64,000 bases of DNA from Heptranchias perlo (Eukaryota): contig NC_090327.1 in the NCBI RefSeq assembly GCF_035084215.1, forward strand, positions 40,300,001 to 40,364,000, given 5' to 3'. Shown here piece after piece: positions 49,164-60,719 of this stretch. The notes beneath the pieces were generated by a model. It had not been told where the DNA came from, did not search any database, and saw only the letters and a list, made by a program, of their open reading frames with translations. The position numbers and the translations under genes are program-made. Each line of letters opens with the position of its first letter. Position 1 is the stretch's first letter.

Positions 49164-51249
49164 ATTGGATTACTGACTCAGCCTAAGTACTAATGACTTA
49201 TGTAAACTTTTTTCCACCAAAATTGCCACAGCAATGCACAACCGTACACACACATGATGCAAAAAAGGAGCCACAACCAAATTTTACTTCAATTCTATTA
49301 AGATTCTGCCCACCCTCAAAAAAAGTGCAACAGAAACATTCTAGTAATATTAAATTCTGGAATATAGAGTGCTAACAGTATCCAAGACAGGCTCTGCCTG
49401 ACCTTGTTACCAGAACTAATTTAACAGAAAAAAATTACTCCTGTAATTTGAACAGAATTCCCAGTGGTCACTGATTTTTATTAGAATTTCATTTACAATT
49501 TGAATTTTCTTCTGACTTTACTGCTTTATATTAAACCTACTGTTGAATACATTTACAAGTCATAACATAAATATACTTAGTCCATATGAAATTAAGAGAA
49601 GCAAGTGTAGCTTTAAACTATTTTTATACTTTTCAATTTCCTCAGAATGTTTACCTTAAAAATACCATTTATCAAATGAGCCAAGTAAATTTCCTGGGAA
49701 GGAAAGTGTAAATAAAAATACTTCTTCAATTCCCTACAAAGAAAATTACTTTCAAAAGCATGACTATATATTCAAAAAGTATTTGTTTGCAAACATGGGT
49801 TAGTCTTTTACACTGTACTCTGTTATCATATTTGATCTTTCTGACATATTCAAGAAATGTGCAGGAATTTTGCTGCAAGCCATATGTTGTAAAAATTGGT
49901 TATCTAGTTTTCAGAAAAAGGAAATTACAGGGGATACAAATAGCTTAGCTACAGAAAACCATTTGCAATCAAGCACACATTACGTACTCTAGAGGTGTTT
50001 TATATCAGTTATATAAAACTGGATGAATGATAATGCTGCAATAACTAGGTACTGTACCTATTCAGAAGAGGCAACCTACAATATTCTCTTCCCGACTTAT
50101 TTTAATTTACAGATTAAAAACTACTGCACTCAATTTCATTTAACTGAGCGGATTAGGGTGATTTATTAAAAGGTGTACTGGGCTTTTAAGAGGGTTTTTG
50201 GTATATACAGTTCCTGGAACAAATTATATTTAGGAGCTGCCAGATTGGCTGTTAGATATTCACACTGCGACAGATCTACTCCCCGGCAATAGATTTTTTT
50301 TTAAAAATCAGAGACAAAAAAGTTATGTAACTAAATTGTGTGTATGCAAATACTTTTCCCCCCAGTGTGGATGATACTCCTTCCAGAACAGAAAAGCTTT
50401 CAGAGTTTAATTTCAATCTGCATTCATTGCATTTATTCCCGGTTACTTGATCGGTTTTGTAGTGAATTCCTGCAATGACAATTTTCCTTTCAGTGAGCTT
50501 GTAATTATATAAAAAGCCAAACACATAACTGTACAACTGATATCCAATATGCAGAGAACTAGTGACAAAACAACTAGATTGCAGTAAGCTAACATTTATG
50601 GTATTGTACATTACAGTGATCACGTATTTTACATAAAACGCTGAATATGGTAGCACTGGTCGCTGGAAAATCTCAGACGCCATCTAAAGGATTTGCACAG
50701 TTATTTCAACAAAATATTCCACCTGCACTTTCACACGCACAGAAACTTTCTGCAGAACTTGTCCTTTTTCATCTCTCCTTACTTCCGGAGCTTAATATAT
50801 GGCTCCTCTGACAGGTTAGCTTGTGTCTTGATCCTTTCACAGAGCGACAAGAGGAATTAATTTACTGCAATCTCCTTTCTACAGCCTCAGGCGAAACTAC
50901 TATCCCCTCCGTTCTATTGGGGGATTGAAGAATGTAACATTCCCGCATCTGTAAAGTGCATTTCTCAAGAGCGCTTAGTAACACACGCCACGGTATTGGT
51001 ATCGATCCCGTGTTTGGCTCTAATTCACTCAGCCTTGCAAAAATCGGAAACATGATCGAAAAACCTTCTTAATATATTCCTATACAATCTCGGAGAATAA
51101 ACTAGAAATATACCACAATCCAGACCCAGAGGCTACTTAGGTTCAGCTTATATGATTTTTACATAGTAGATGGAAGGTTATTTTCTTTAAAATGACCATT
51201 CATAACTTTAAGCCCTTGCGTGAAAGAATCGAAACATCTGAAAAGAAAC

Positions 51250-52150
51250 ATCGCACTCGAGCTGCACCACAATAAGTCAAAATGCGTAATGCTATAGATT
51301 GCATGCCTCATTTGATCCTACAAATTTCTCCCGATTCACATTTGGAAGCGGACTGAACAGCAAACGACCATCGCCTCACGCTACTACTGCACGGACTTAC
51401 CAGTTCCCCGTTAACAAGTGTGCAGAGCCCTAAAGTGAGGAGTATCCAGACGTTCCCCATCCTGCTGCTGCTGCCGCCGGTCTCCAGATGGCGAGTGTTC
51501 CAGCTCTGCGGAACGTCCCGGGGTTCACAGCGCGTTCGCTTCGCAAAGCCCGGCTTCTCCTCGCAGACCCTCCAACTACAGGCTCCACAACCTCACTCCA
51601 CGCAAACACTACTTTTTCTTCTTCTTTAAAGTATATTCTTCCGCGCACTTTTTCCTCACGCGCCTGTCTTGAATTTCTCTATCCCTGATTAAATGTAATT
51701 CAAATTTTATATAGATATGTAATAAAAAAAATCAACGCAACTGAATGCAAAAAGAGCTCCATTATCACAGCCCTCACCTAAACCTCCCCCCCCCCTGGAA
51801 TAACCTCTATCCCTGGGCTGTATGATTTAAGTGGGGGAGAGAACACTAATAGCGAACCAGAAGCGTGCGCGGCTCTGCTCTAAGGGGTGGAGAGGAGCTC
51901 GTTTTGATTGACGTGACCTGTAGCTAATCGAGATGAAGCACTGCAGCGCCGCCCTGGTACCGGCAGCACTAGAGGTAAAAGCAGATTTAATGGGTTATCC
52001 AACCCATTGCACAATATATGTGTAAAACGGATATGGGGATGACATGAAATGATAGAATAAAATAAACTTCAGCAGGATAAAAGTGAAGCTCAACGGGGCA
52101 ATCCGAGCGGAGATGGTCCCTGGAGCTTCCCGCGCCAATTATTCATCTTT
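51250..52150 (-). promoter_or_regulatory. CpG-rich promoter and 5' UTR region
   Basis: High CpG density outside transposons; TGACGTGA (CRE-like) at 51909-51916; TTCCCGCGCCAA (overlapping E2F-like sites) at 52127-52138. Confidence 0.7.
51401..51460 (-). CDS. First coding exon of an unidentified secreted or membrane protein (signal peptide MGNVWILLTLGLCTLVNGEL)
   Basis: GCAGCAGG-ATG-G Kozak context; hydrophobic core with a V-N-G type cleavage motif; ends at CTG|GTAAGT (donor 51395-51400), phase 0; lies in the main non-repeat CpG-rich region. Confidence 0.8.
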
Positions 52151-52415
52151 CTGTTGCTGTATTTTTTTCTCTGCTAAAGTCATTATTACTTGATTATTTA
52201 TCATTAAATTTTGGCTCATTAAATTGCTGCGTGTGCGATATATTTTTCAGCGTTTAGGTGAAGATTCACTGCCTACAGAAAGAAACAAATCCAAATGTTT
52301 CATGACCCTAGTGAAACGAAAACGGATTTTGTGAATCTGGCAATTCAACTGCACTAAAAGCAGTGGGACGTTTCTTTCTACAAATTACAGCTATCAGCAA
52401 GTATTAGGTAGTGTC

Positions 52416-52465
52416 CCTATTAGAAAAGCTGTGATAATTTCCTATTAGAAAAGACGTGATAATTG
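52416..52465. repeat. 25-bp tandem duplication
   Basis: CCTATTAGAAAAGCTGTGATAATTT / CCTATTAGAAAAGACGTGATAATTG. Confidence 0.85.
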
Positions 52466-53559
52466 AAGTTTTACTTATCCTTGAAAAAAGATCACGCCAG
52501 ACTAGTATTTCGATTTCTGTAAAGACTGTACTTCATGTTTATATAGTTTTTGGAATGTTTTCAAAGGACGCGCATCAAAAATAACAAACTCGATTTTGCG
52601 AAATAGTTATGTATTTGGGCAGCCGATTGCAACAGTGTGTAGACTGAGCTAAAGGTTTTTTTTAGAATGTTTACATTTAGTAAAGTTGCTTCTCTACAAA
52701 TATTGTTCCGTTCCTCTGCAAAGCACACTCCCATGAGTTCAAATTCAGCCTACAACGATGGAATTAACATTTTTGTTAGCTATAATAGGATCCTCCCTGA
52801 AATCACTTTAGATGCCTACTAGTGATCTGGAGGCCATAATGTAAGGTTTACTGGTTTATGGGCTAGTTTTTAGATCATACACACAGCTGAGCAACATTGG
52901 GCAAATCAAACTTGCTTCTCTTAATGTAGTGGCACTGCTCATTAGTGTTCTAGACATTGTGGTAACATGCAACCCTGGCCGACAGCAGTTGTTGTTCCAG
53001 ACAATCTCCCATCAAAATATTAACCAGTTCTCCTTGGCTTGGGAAATCAGATAAGGTGGGGTACACTGATCAGCGTCATTAAATGACTGCAAGATGAACA
53101 AAATAGTACAATAGCAGAACAAAAAAGCAGTAGTTTGCTCCAGGACAATAAAAGTGATTTGGCATTGTGTGATGTTCATAAAGCAAGAAATAAATTCAAA
53201 TCCAACTTACAGTGTGCACATTAGAAATCTGACATTACATAGAGATTGAGCAAGATAGATTTAGGATTTTTTTTCATAGAAGGAAATAAAGGCCTGCTTT
53301 TATATAATGTTTAGTGACACCTCTCAGGAATATCCCAAAGCATTTCACATATGATGAGTTACATAGAAGTGGAGTGACTTATGTACACAACAGAATGTAT
53401 TAGGTGTCAAGATTAATCCAATATCACTTTTTCATCGGATTATTTTTAACCATTCTGAAATACAGCACTTCAACAGTTACCACGCTGCTGCTGTCACTTG
53501 AAAAAAATGCTGTATTCCTCATCTCTTATGTGCATCGACATAAAGTAGACCTTTAATTT

Positions 53560-54345
53560 CTTTTAAAATATCAAAATTACCAATTTTATAAATAAAAGAC
53601 CATACAGATCCTGGTGAAGTACCACGTTTAAACAACTCAGTAACCCCATTTAACATAATGTTCATGTGTTTTGCAATTGGATCCTTCACAAATCTATGCT
53701 AACTCTTTTTGATCAGCTGATACTTGTCCAAGTACTTAGTCACTCTTTCTCTGATGATAGATTCCAGTAGCTTCCTGTTAAACTGGTGGGTCTGTAATCA
53801 CCTGGTTTCTCCCTCCCTTTTAAAGTAATGAAGTGACGTTTGCAATTATCCAATCCAAAGCCATAATTCCCAAATCTAGAGCTTTGCAAAATTATGACTA
53901 CTGCATCTGCAATTTCCTCACCTATTTATTTTAATACTCTATGACAGTGACCATCAGTTCCTGCAAATTTGTCCATCTTAAGTCCCGTTATTTTCTCCAT
54001 TACTATTTTTTAAACTTATATTAAATCCACTAACTTCCTCCCCTTGACTTATTTTTAGGTTCCCTTGTACCGCTGATATTTTGTCCTCTTCCTCCACTAT
54101 GAAAATGGATACAAAGTAATCAGTTAACAAGTCTGTTATTTCCTTTTTGTCCATTATAGTCTTACCTGCATTTGCCATTAATGGGACCACATTCCTCTTA
54201 TCATTCTCTTTCTCTTAACATATTTATATTTATAAAAAAACTTTTGCTGTTAGCTTTGATATCTCTTGCAAGCTTTTTTAATATTCTCTTTTTGCACTTA
54301 TTAGTTTCTTTGTATTCCTTTGTTGCTTTTTATATCTGTCCCATT
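53560..54345 (-). mobile_element. Decayed CR1 ORF2 internal fragment
   Basis: KKEITDLLTDYFVSIF; reverse of PGDYRP motif near 53790. Confidence 0.75.
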
Positions 54346-55149
54346 TGATTTGAAGTTGAATGATTATACATAAAATTAAGGATGTAGAGATGGAGTACAA
54401 CAGAGAGAGAGATGGAAAGAAAGTCTACAAAAATGTGTTGTCATTGAAGAATGTTTTCTCACTTTGTCAACTGTAGAATTATGTTTTGAAGCAAGAAGCA
54501 ACTTGGAATACTTTTCTCTAGTGTGTTCTTTAGGTGACAGTATAAGTTTCCATTTTGTAATGTTATAATTATGGTAGAAGAAGAGAACTTCTTGGTAAGA
54601 CTACTATCTTCCAAACTGTTGTCAAATAATTTCTGGGGAATAAAGAGGTTTTGTGTTAGTGAAACATAGGGACTTACATTAAATCTAAACTGCTCTTAAA
54701 CGTAGTTTGTGTTTATTTAGAACTCCTAGTTGTCATTTAAGTTCATTATTACATACAAATATGCATTATTGAGTCTGACATAATAATGAAAGTAATGCAT
54801 GAGTATATGGTACTTTTTGTAACCAAACAAATTAATATTAAGAACTACATTTTTTAAAAGACAGACCAAAAAAATTAAGGTGATATTTGGAGAGATAAGC
54901 AAAAAGTTAATTATATTTAGCACAAATAATACTAATGCAATACTACAGTCTCCTTAAAAAACATTTTGATCTTGCTCATCTGTAGTGACATTCGCTGCAC
55001 ATTTATATTTATATCTTCAAGCATTGTGCAATTATGTTGAAGGTGCATTGTAGATATTCTGGTTGTGTTTATAGATTAACAACATTTGGGAAGTGAGACA
55101 CAAGGCAATAATTCCATTAAGGGAATTGAATGACTCAGCTGTAAACCAT

Positions 55150-55915
55150 GAGAATCAATTTGAGATATTTAGCAGGATGTCTGAGGAGATCTGTCTTTGG
55201 TGCCTCTGCTTCACCAGAGAAGCAGTCACAGCTATGCCACCTGCTGCACGCTAATCTTCAAACTACCTCAAAGATTGGTATGCTTCTACTTGTAGCTGTG
55301 AAGGTGACAATGGATTCTTCCCAGCAAAGGGAATCAGCTAGTGTGCTGTACAGAGATTCATAACGCAAGAACCAGATGCCAAGTTTGGCAGGGACAGCAT
55401 CATCGTAACTTTCCAAGTGGAAAGAACCCAGCAGCTCAAAGAGTTTCCAACAATGCAGGGTGTTGTAGATAGTATCCATCTGGCCATCAGGGCTGCACAT
55501 TAGAACTCCAAAGTTTCCATGAGCAGAAAGGTGATTAGTATCCACACAAGTATCATATTGCACATCAGTGCCTGCTTCATGGGAGCACCTATGGCTCTTG
55601 CATCCTTCAGCGGTCCACCCTGCCAAAACTATTTGAGGGGTCCCACAGAATGAATGGTTGGCTTTTGGGAGAAGAAGGCTATCAGTTGGTGTCCAGCCTC
55701 ATGACATCCATCTGGAACTCACACACACAGAGGTGATACAGTGAGGTCTATGTCACCACCAGAATAACTATAGAACACCCCATAGGTCTGTTCAAGCAAT
55801 ACTTCCATTGTTTGGAGCAGTCATGAGGAATACTGTGGTGCAGTCCAGCAAAGGTGAGCAAGACCATCACCATGTGCTGTGTGGTTCACAATTCCACAAT
55901 TAGAAAAAGGGATTG
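55150..55915 (+). mobile_element. Decayed Harbinger (HARBI1-like DDE) transposase
   Basis: CHLLHANLQ..VAVKVT, FPTMQGVVDSIHLAIRA, GWLLGEEGYQL, RITIEHPIGLFKQYFHCLEQS, SPAKVSKTITMCCVVHN in the expected order. Confidence 0.8.
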
Positions 55916-55959
55916 AGTATGCAGCAGGCCAGGGAGAACCAAGGAGCTGCAGCTTCGCA

Positions 55960-56378
55960 AGAAAAAAGAAAGAACTTGCATTTATACAACGTCTTTCACT
56001 ATTTCAGGACATCGCAAAGCACTTCACAGCCAATTAAGTACTTTTGAAGTGTAGTCACTGTTGCAATGTAGGGAAATGTAGCAGCCAATGTGTGCAGAGC
56101 AAGATCCCACAATCAGATAAAAGACCAGATAATGGTTTTTTTTGGTGGTGTTAGTAGTTTGTTGGCCACAAGACCGGGAGAACTCCCCTGCTTTTCTTTG
56201 AAATTGCCTTGGGATCTTTTACGCCTACCTGTGAGGGCAGACAGGATCCCGAGTTAACGTTTCATTTGAAAGATGGCATATCTGACAGTGCAGTGCACCC
56301 TCAATACTGCACTGAAGTTCAAACTAGATTATGTGCTCAAGCCCTGGAGTGGGATTTATACGCATGACTCAGAGGTGA
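55960..56378 (-). mobile_element. Deu-domain SINE, second copy
   Basis: GGGATCTTTTACG..GAGGGCAGAC..TTAACGTTTCATTTGAAAGATGGCA..GACAGTGCAG..CCTCAATACTGCACTG; L2-type tail. Confidence 0.8.
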
Positions 56379-57929
56379 GATTTCCATTGCTGTGGTCATG
56401 CTATGAAAGAGCGCACATTATAACCTACATGAAGCTCACATGCATTCTCACCACTCAACCTGAACCACCTTCTTTCTGCTCCTTACAAGCCTTGAACCTC
56501 CGGGGAGCAGAATCATGTGATGTCCCTGCAACAGCTGGTGACATTTCAAACAACGCAATGGCTGCCAGCAACAGTCTACTCTGACACTTCCTCAATTTTT
56601 TGATGAATCTGGCTGGAGGGAGAACTTGTGTGGTCTGCTTGAGAAGAGCCTGCCTCATGGGATCCTTGCTTACCAGTCCCTCATTGTTGGGCCTCTCAGC
56701 TGCATGCCTCGTGATGTGAACAAGAGCAATCTGTACAGTGTTTCAGATGCTCTTTCTAACTGATCACCCAGCCTATTAAATCCTGAAGAGTCAGACTCCT
56801 GTTATTAGGTACCAAAGACCTCAATGCATGAGCCTTAGTGTTCATGCTGTGCTTACTCCATCAGTGCTTTGGGAGCCCTAAAAACGCCACTCTCTACATG
56901 AGTAATTCCTTGCTTCCGGACTGCAGTGACGTCACACATGTCCTGCTCCACATTCTCCACCACCTGCTATAGGCTGTTGGTGGCAAAGGATGCACACCTT
57001 TTACTTTTGCATAAGCTCCCATTTGAAGGCAGACTCAGTATGACACCAATCCCATGCACATACTGTTGTGTTCGTGGCTTTTGTGAATTTTTTTCTTCCT
57101 TACCTGCCATCTTCACTTCTGAGTTGTGCTTCCCTCAGCATCCTTTTCTCAAACTATGTAACTCATTCTCTGGGATGCTAGTATCTGTGCTGGCGCAGGA
57201 GACAGGTTGACACAATATTCAGTGAAGTGCCTGGGGTACTTCTTCCAGCCTCATCAACTTGTGATGAGCCTAAGGAATAGAAAAGGAGGAAGATGTCACC
57301 TAATCAATGGTGTTCAAGACAGATAAGATCTTAGTGCACCATATAACTGATGAAAACCCTGTTGTGATGACTTAGAAAGGGAGTCACAAAATTAAGGCTC
57401 ATAATAAATGATGTCACACAATGGTTTCAAACTGGCCTTCACCAATGCCCCCTATCGATTAACGTCCAAAAAGGGCAAGTTATCTCCTTATAAGGGTGAG
57501 CTACTTGAGTAGGGCAAGCCCATCTCCCATCTTGGTTCTCTTACAGTGGCCGTGGTCAACCATGCCCTGTAAGCAGAGCATTTTAATGATGATGTTAGAA
57601 AATGGTTGAGCAGAAGAAACAAGAAACATCAACTGTGTCCTGTCCACGTCCCTCTCTCGGCCCTCATATGTCCCATTGATTTGCATTGTATTCTCTCCTG
57701 CCATACTCTTTTGCACGTAACCTGTAAAGGGCTCCATGCATGGAACAATAGTCCTGAATGGCAATGTGCCACACAACTTCTGTAGAATAAAGGTGAACAG
57801 CAAAAACCGGACAATACCTTTTGGTACCTTTGCATCTGATCTCCATGAGCATACAATAGATGGACATTTACATTCCTTGTATGAAGAACATGCATGTATG
57901 TGTAAGTGACTACACTTATCTTAGCACTT

Positions 57930-58440
57930 CTTGTGATGCCACAGACCCTCCTTATCATTTGCTCTCATGTATGGTGGACCTGAGAGAATGCATGGACTTG
58001 CTGCTCCGCCTCCATCCAGGGAGTTTGAGCCTGTGTTTTCAGAGGTGGCTGCCTTCTGCCTCAAAGTTGGCCACCTACTTTCACCACACCTCCTGCAGCG
58101 AGATTTCCTAGGCATAAGAATATAAGAAATAGGAACAGGAGTAGGTCATAAGGTCCCTCGAGCCAGCTCTGCCATTCAGTAAGATCTTGGCTGATCTTCT
58201 ACCACAACTCCACTTTCCCACCCTATCCCCATATCCCTTGATCCCCTTAGTGCCCAAAAATCTATTGATCTTAGTCTTGAAAAAACTCAATGACTGAGCA
58301 TCCACAGCCCTCTGGGGTAGAGAATTCCAAAGATTCACAACCCTCTGAGTGAATACCTCATTAGAGAATACCATTTTAGCAGTCTCCGTCACCCCAATTT
58401 GCACTGAGAAGCTGTGCTGTGAACTCTTCTTTATGGGCAA
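57930..58440 (-). mobile_element. Decayed Myb/SANT gene of the old Harbinger, split by a CR1 3' fragment (about 58114-58353, minus)
   Basis: VFSNE|A*EISLQEV resembles the Myb/SANT start FSDEALExLLxEV; convergent with the 55150 transposase, as in the 28-30 kb element. Confidence 0.5.
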
Positions 58441-58814
58441 GCAACAGACCTCAAAGAGCTACTGGTTGGCCAATTTTTTGACTGGCAGCCAACCAACTTT
58501 CAGGCTTCACTCCCTGCACATGTTTTGAACGTTTTCAGCCCCCATTTTCCATTAGGAAATTGGCCTTATAATCCGTTCTGTTGATGTGGTAAATTAGCTA
58601 GTAGCAGTGGGAAGACAAAAGTATTGTGCAAATTGTATGGGTGTAACAGCAATTTATGTAACTTGAGCTGGAGATGAAGAGGAGCATATGATAGAAGCTT
58701 AGAAGTTGGTTCTATAATGGTTGGAATCTCTAACACTCTTCCTCATTGATAGTCAATGCAGGATGATTTCAACCATTGCATTTATCACAAGGTTACTGAG
58801 AAACAATAAAAACA

Positions 58815-58860
58815 TATGTATGTATATATATATATATATATATGTATATGTGTCATATGT
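58815..58860. repeat. (TA)n/(TATG) low-complexity repeat
   Basis: Direct reading. Confidence 0.85.
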
Positions 58861-59852
58861 ATGAATATTAACTGTATGCAACTGTCACAGAGAGTAAATT
58901 CGCTGATCAATAGAAGGCTATATTTTATGAATATTATGCACTTGGTGCAGAGCTTTTCCCACTGGGGTGCAAAATCTGCCTTGAGTGGTGGTACCATAAA
59001 CATTTCTGTTTTAGCCTTGGAAACACAGTGAAGGTGATATACCACAAGGATAGTAACACCCAGATCACTCACAGCAAACTAACTCTGGGACTTTTTTAGT
59101 TTTACTGAGCATTAATTCACATCAATTACTATTCACTCACATATACAGAGAATGTGGAGAGGAAATGTGAGGTGCATTCAACTCCCATGGCTTAAGCTCA
59201 GTAGCTTCTCTCACTTTATACTTGTAGAAAATCATACCCATTATTACATGTTACTGTCACCTTTTTAGATAACATTTCATCATCTTCCAAAGCTAGAAAT
59301 TCAGGTAAGTAGAAGGTAGGTATGAAAAGCTAATTTGTAACAGATGAAATGATACAAGAAACAACTCTGAGAGGTTAGATTTTGCTGAGGTAAAATGCCT
59401 ACACAAGACTGCATGGCCTATTGTTGAGATGAGTTTGACATAACAGTTAATGTTAAGCAGCATGCTGATTCTACACCAATAGCAGGCCAGTGGAGTGCAG
59501 CATATAATGTCAATGGGTGAGTGAAAGAATGCATAAGAAAATACAACATATAGTCAGATTAGAATTGTGCTCTTTTCTGGTTAATTTTATGTTTACACAG
59601 AAGCTTGTATTTAGGATTGTATACAATGTTTCATAAATATTACTCCCATGTAAAATGTCATGATGTAGTTAAAGTATAATATATTAATGTCACTGTTGAA
59701 CCACACTTTTCATTGTATTTTTATTGATTGCACTTTTTTGTGGGGGGAGATTTTTAAAATCATTGTCAGGACTATAGCACCCCCTAAAGGTAGGTCAAAG
59801 AATATCAAAGTAAAACAGTGGACAAGTTTTTAAAAAACCCAGGTAATGTAAT

Positions 59853-60168
59853 ACATAGAATTACATAGAATGTACAGCACAGAAACAGGCCATTTGGCCC
59901 AACAGGTCCATGCTGGTGTTTATGCTCCACATGAGCCTCCTCCCTCCCTACTTTATCTAACCCTATCAGCATATTCTTCCATTCCTTTCTCCCTCGTGTT
60001 TATCTAGATTCTCCTTAAATGCGACAACCCTAGTCGCCTCAACTACTTCTTGTGGTAGTGAGCTCCACATTCTAACCACTTTCTGGGTAAAGAAGTTTCT
60101 CCTGAATTCTCTATTGGATTTATGGCCCCTAGCCTCTGGTCTCTGGTTCCCCCCTGCAAGTGGAAACC
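59853..60168 (-). mobile_element. CR1 3' fragment
   Basis: SNREFRRNFFTQKVVRMWSSLPQEVVE. Confidence 0.85.
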
Positions 60169-60171
60169 CCA

Positions 60172-60585
60172 AGGGCTAAATTGGGCCGCGTAGTGCCCAT
60201 TCTATCGACGCTACGCGGACACCTAAGTCCTGAAAATGGTGTCCGAGACGCACACGCACACATCCGGTGTGATGTGCGCAGGACGCCATCTTAGTAAAGA
60301 TGGCTGCACACACGCACCTAATGAAAGCCGGCAGCATGTAGAGTGGGGAGATTATGTCCTAAATCAGTGTGCAACACTGATTTAAATGGACTGGTGCTAC
60401 TTTGGAGCTCCAGCCAATGCACTGTCTTAACCTCGCACAGCTGAACAGGTCTTAAACAGCATGGAGGACCCCCACCAGTGCTATTTAAAGGGATCATGCA
60501 GGAGTTACAGGTTCATTGCTAGATTATTGCTTCTGGCTGCTGTTGCATTTGTACCTGTTTTTGGAAGACTCCTATACTTGAGTAC
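60172..60585. mobile_element. Probable Harbinger-type terminal fragment
   Basis: Starts GGGCTAAATT, CpG-rich, similar in style to the 27998 left end; no partner TIR found. Confidence 0.3.
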
Positions 60586-60719
60586 TAGGACTAGGGGATA
60601 GAGGTTAACAATTAGAGCTAGGACTTTCAGGAGTGAAGTTAGGAAATACTGCTACACGCAAAGGGTGGAGAAAGACTTGCATTTATATAGCATCTTTCAC
60701 AACCTCAGGACATCCCAAA

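Noticed and set aside
51401-51460. Assigning a gene symbol from exon architecture (e.g. cadherin-, APP- or perlecan-like phase-0 first exon)
   Set aside because: The peptide matches none I can recall; architecture alone is not diagnostic
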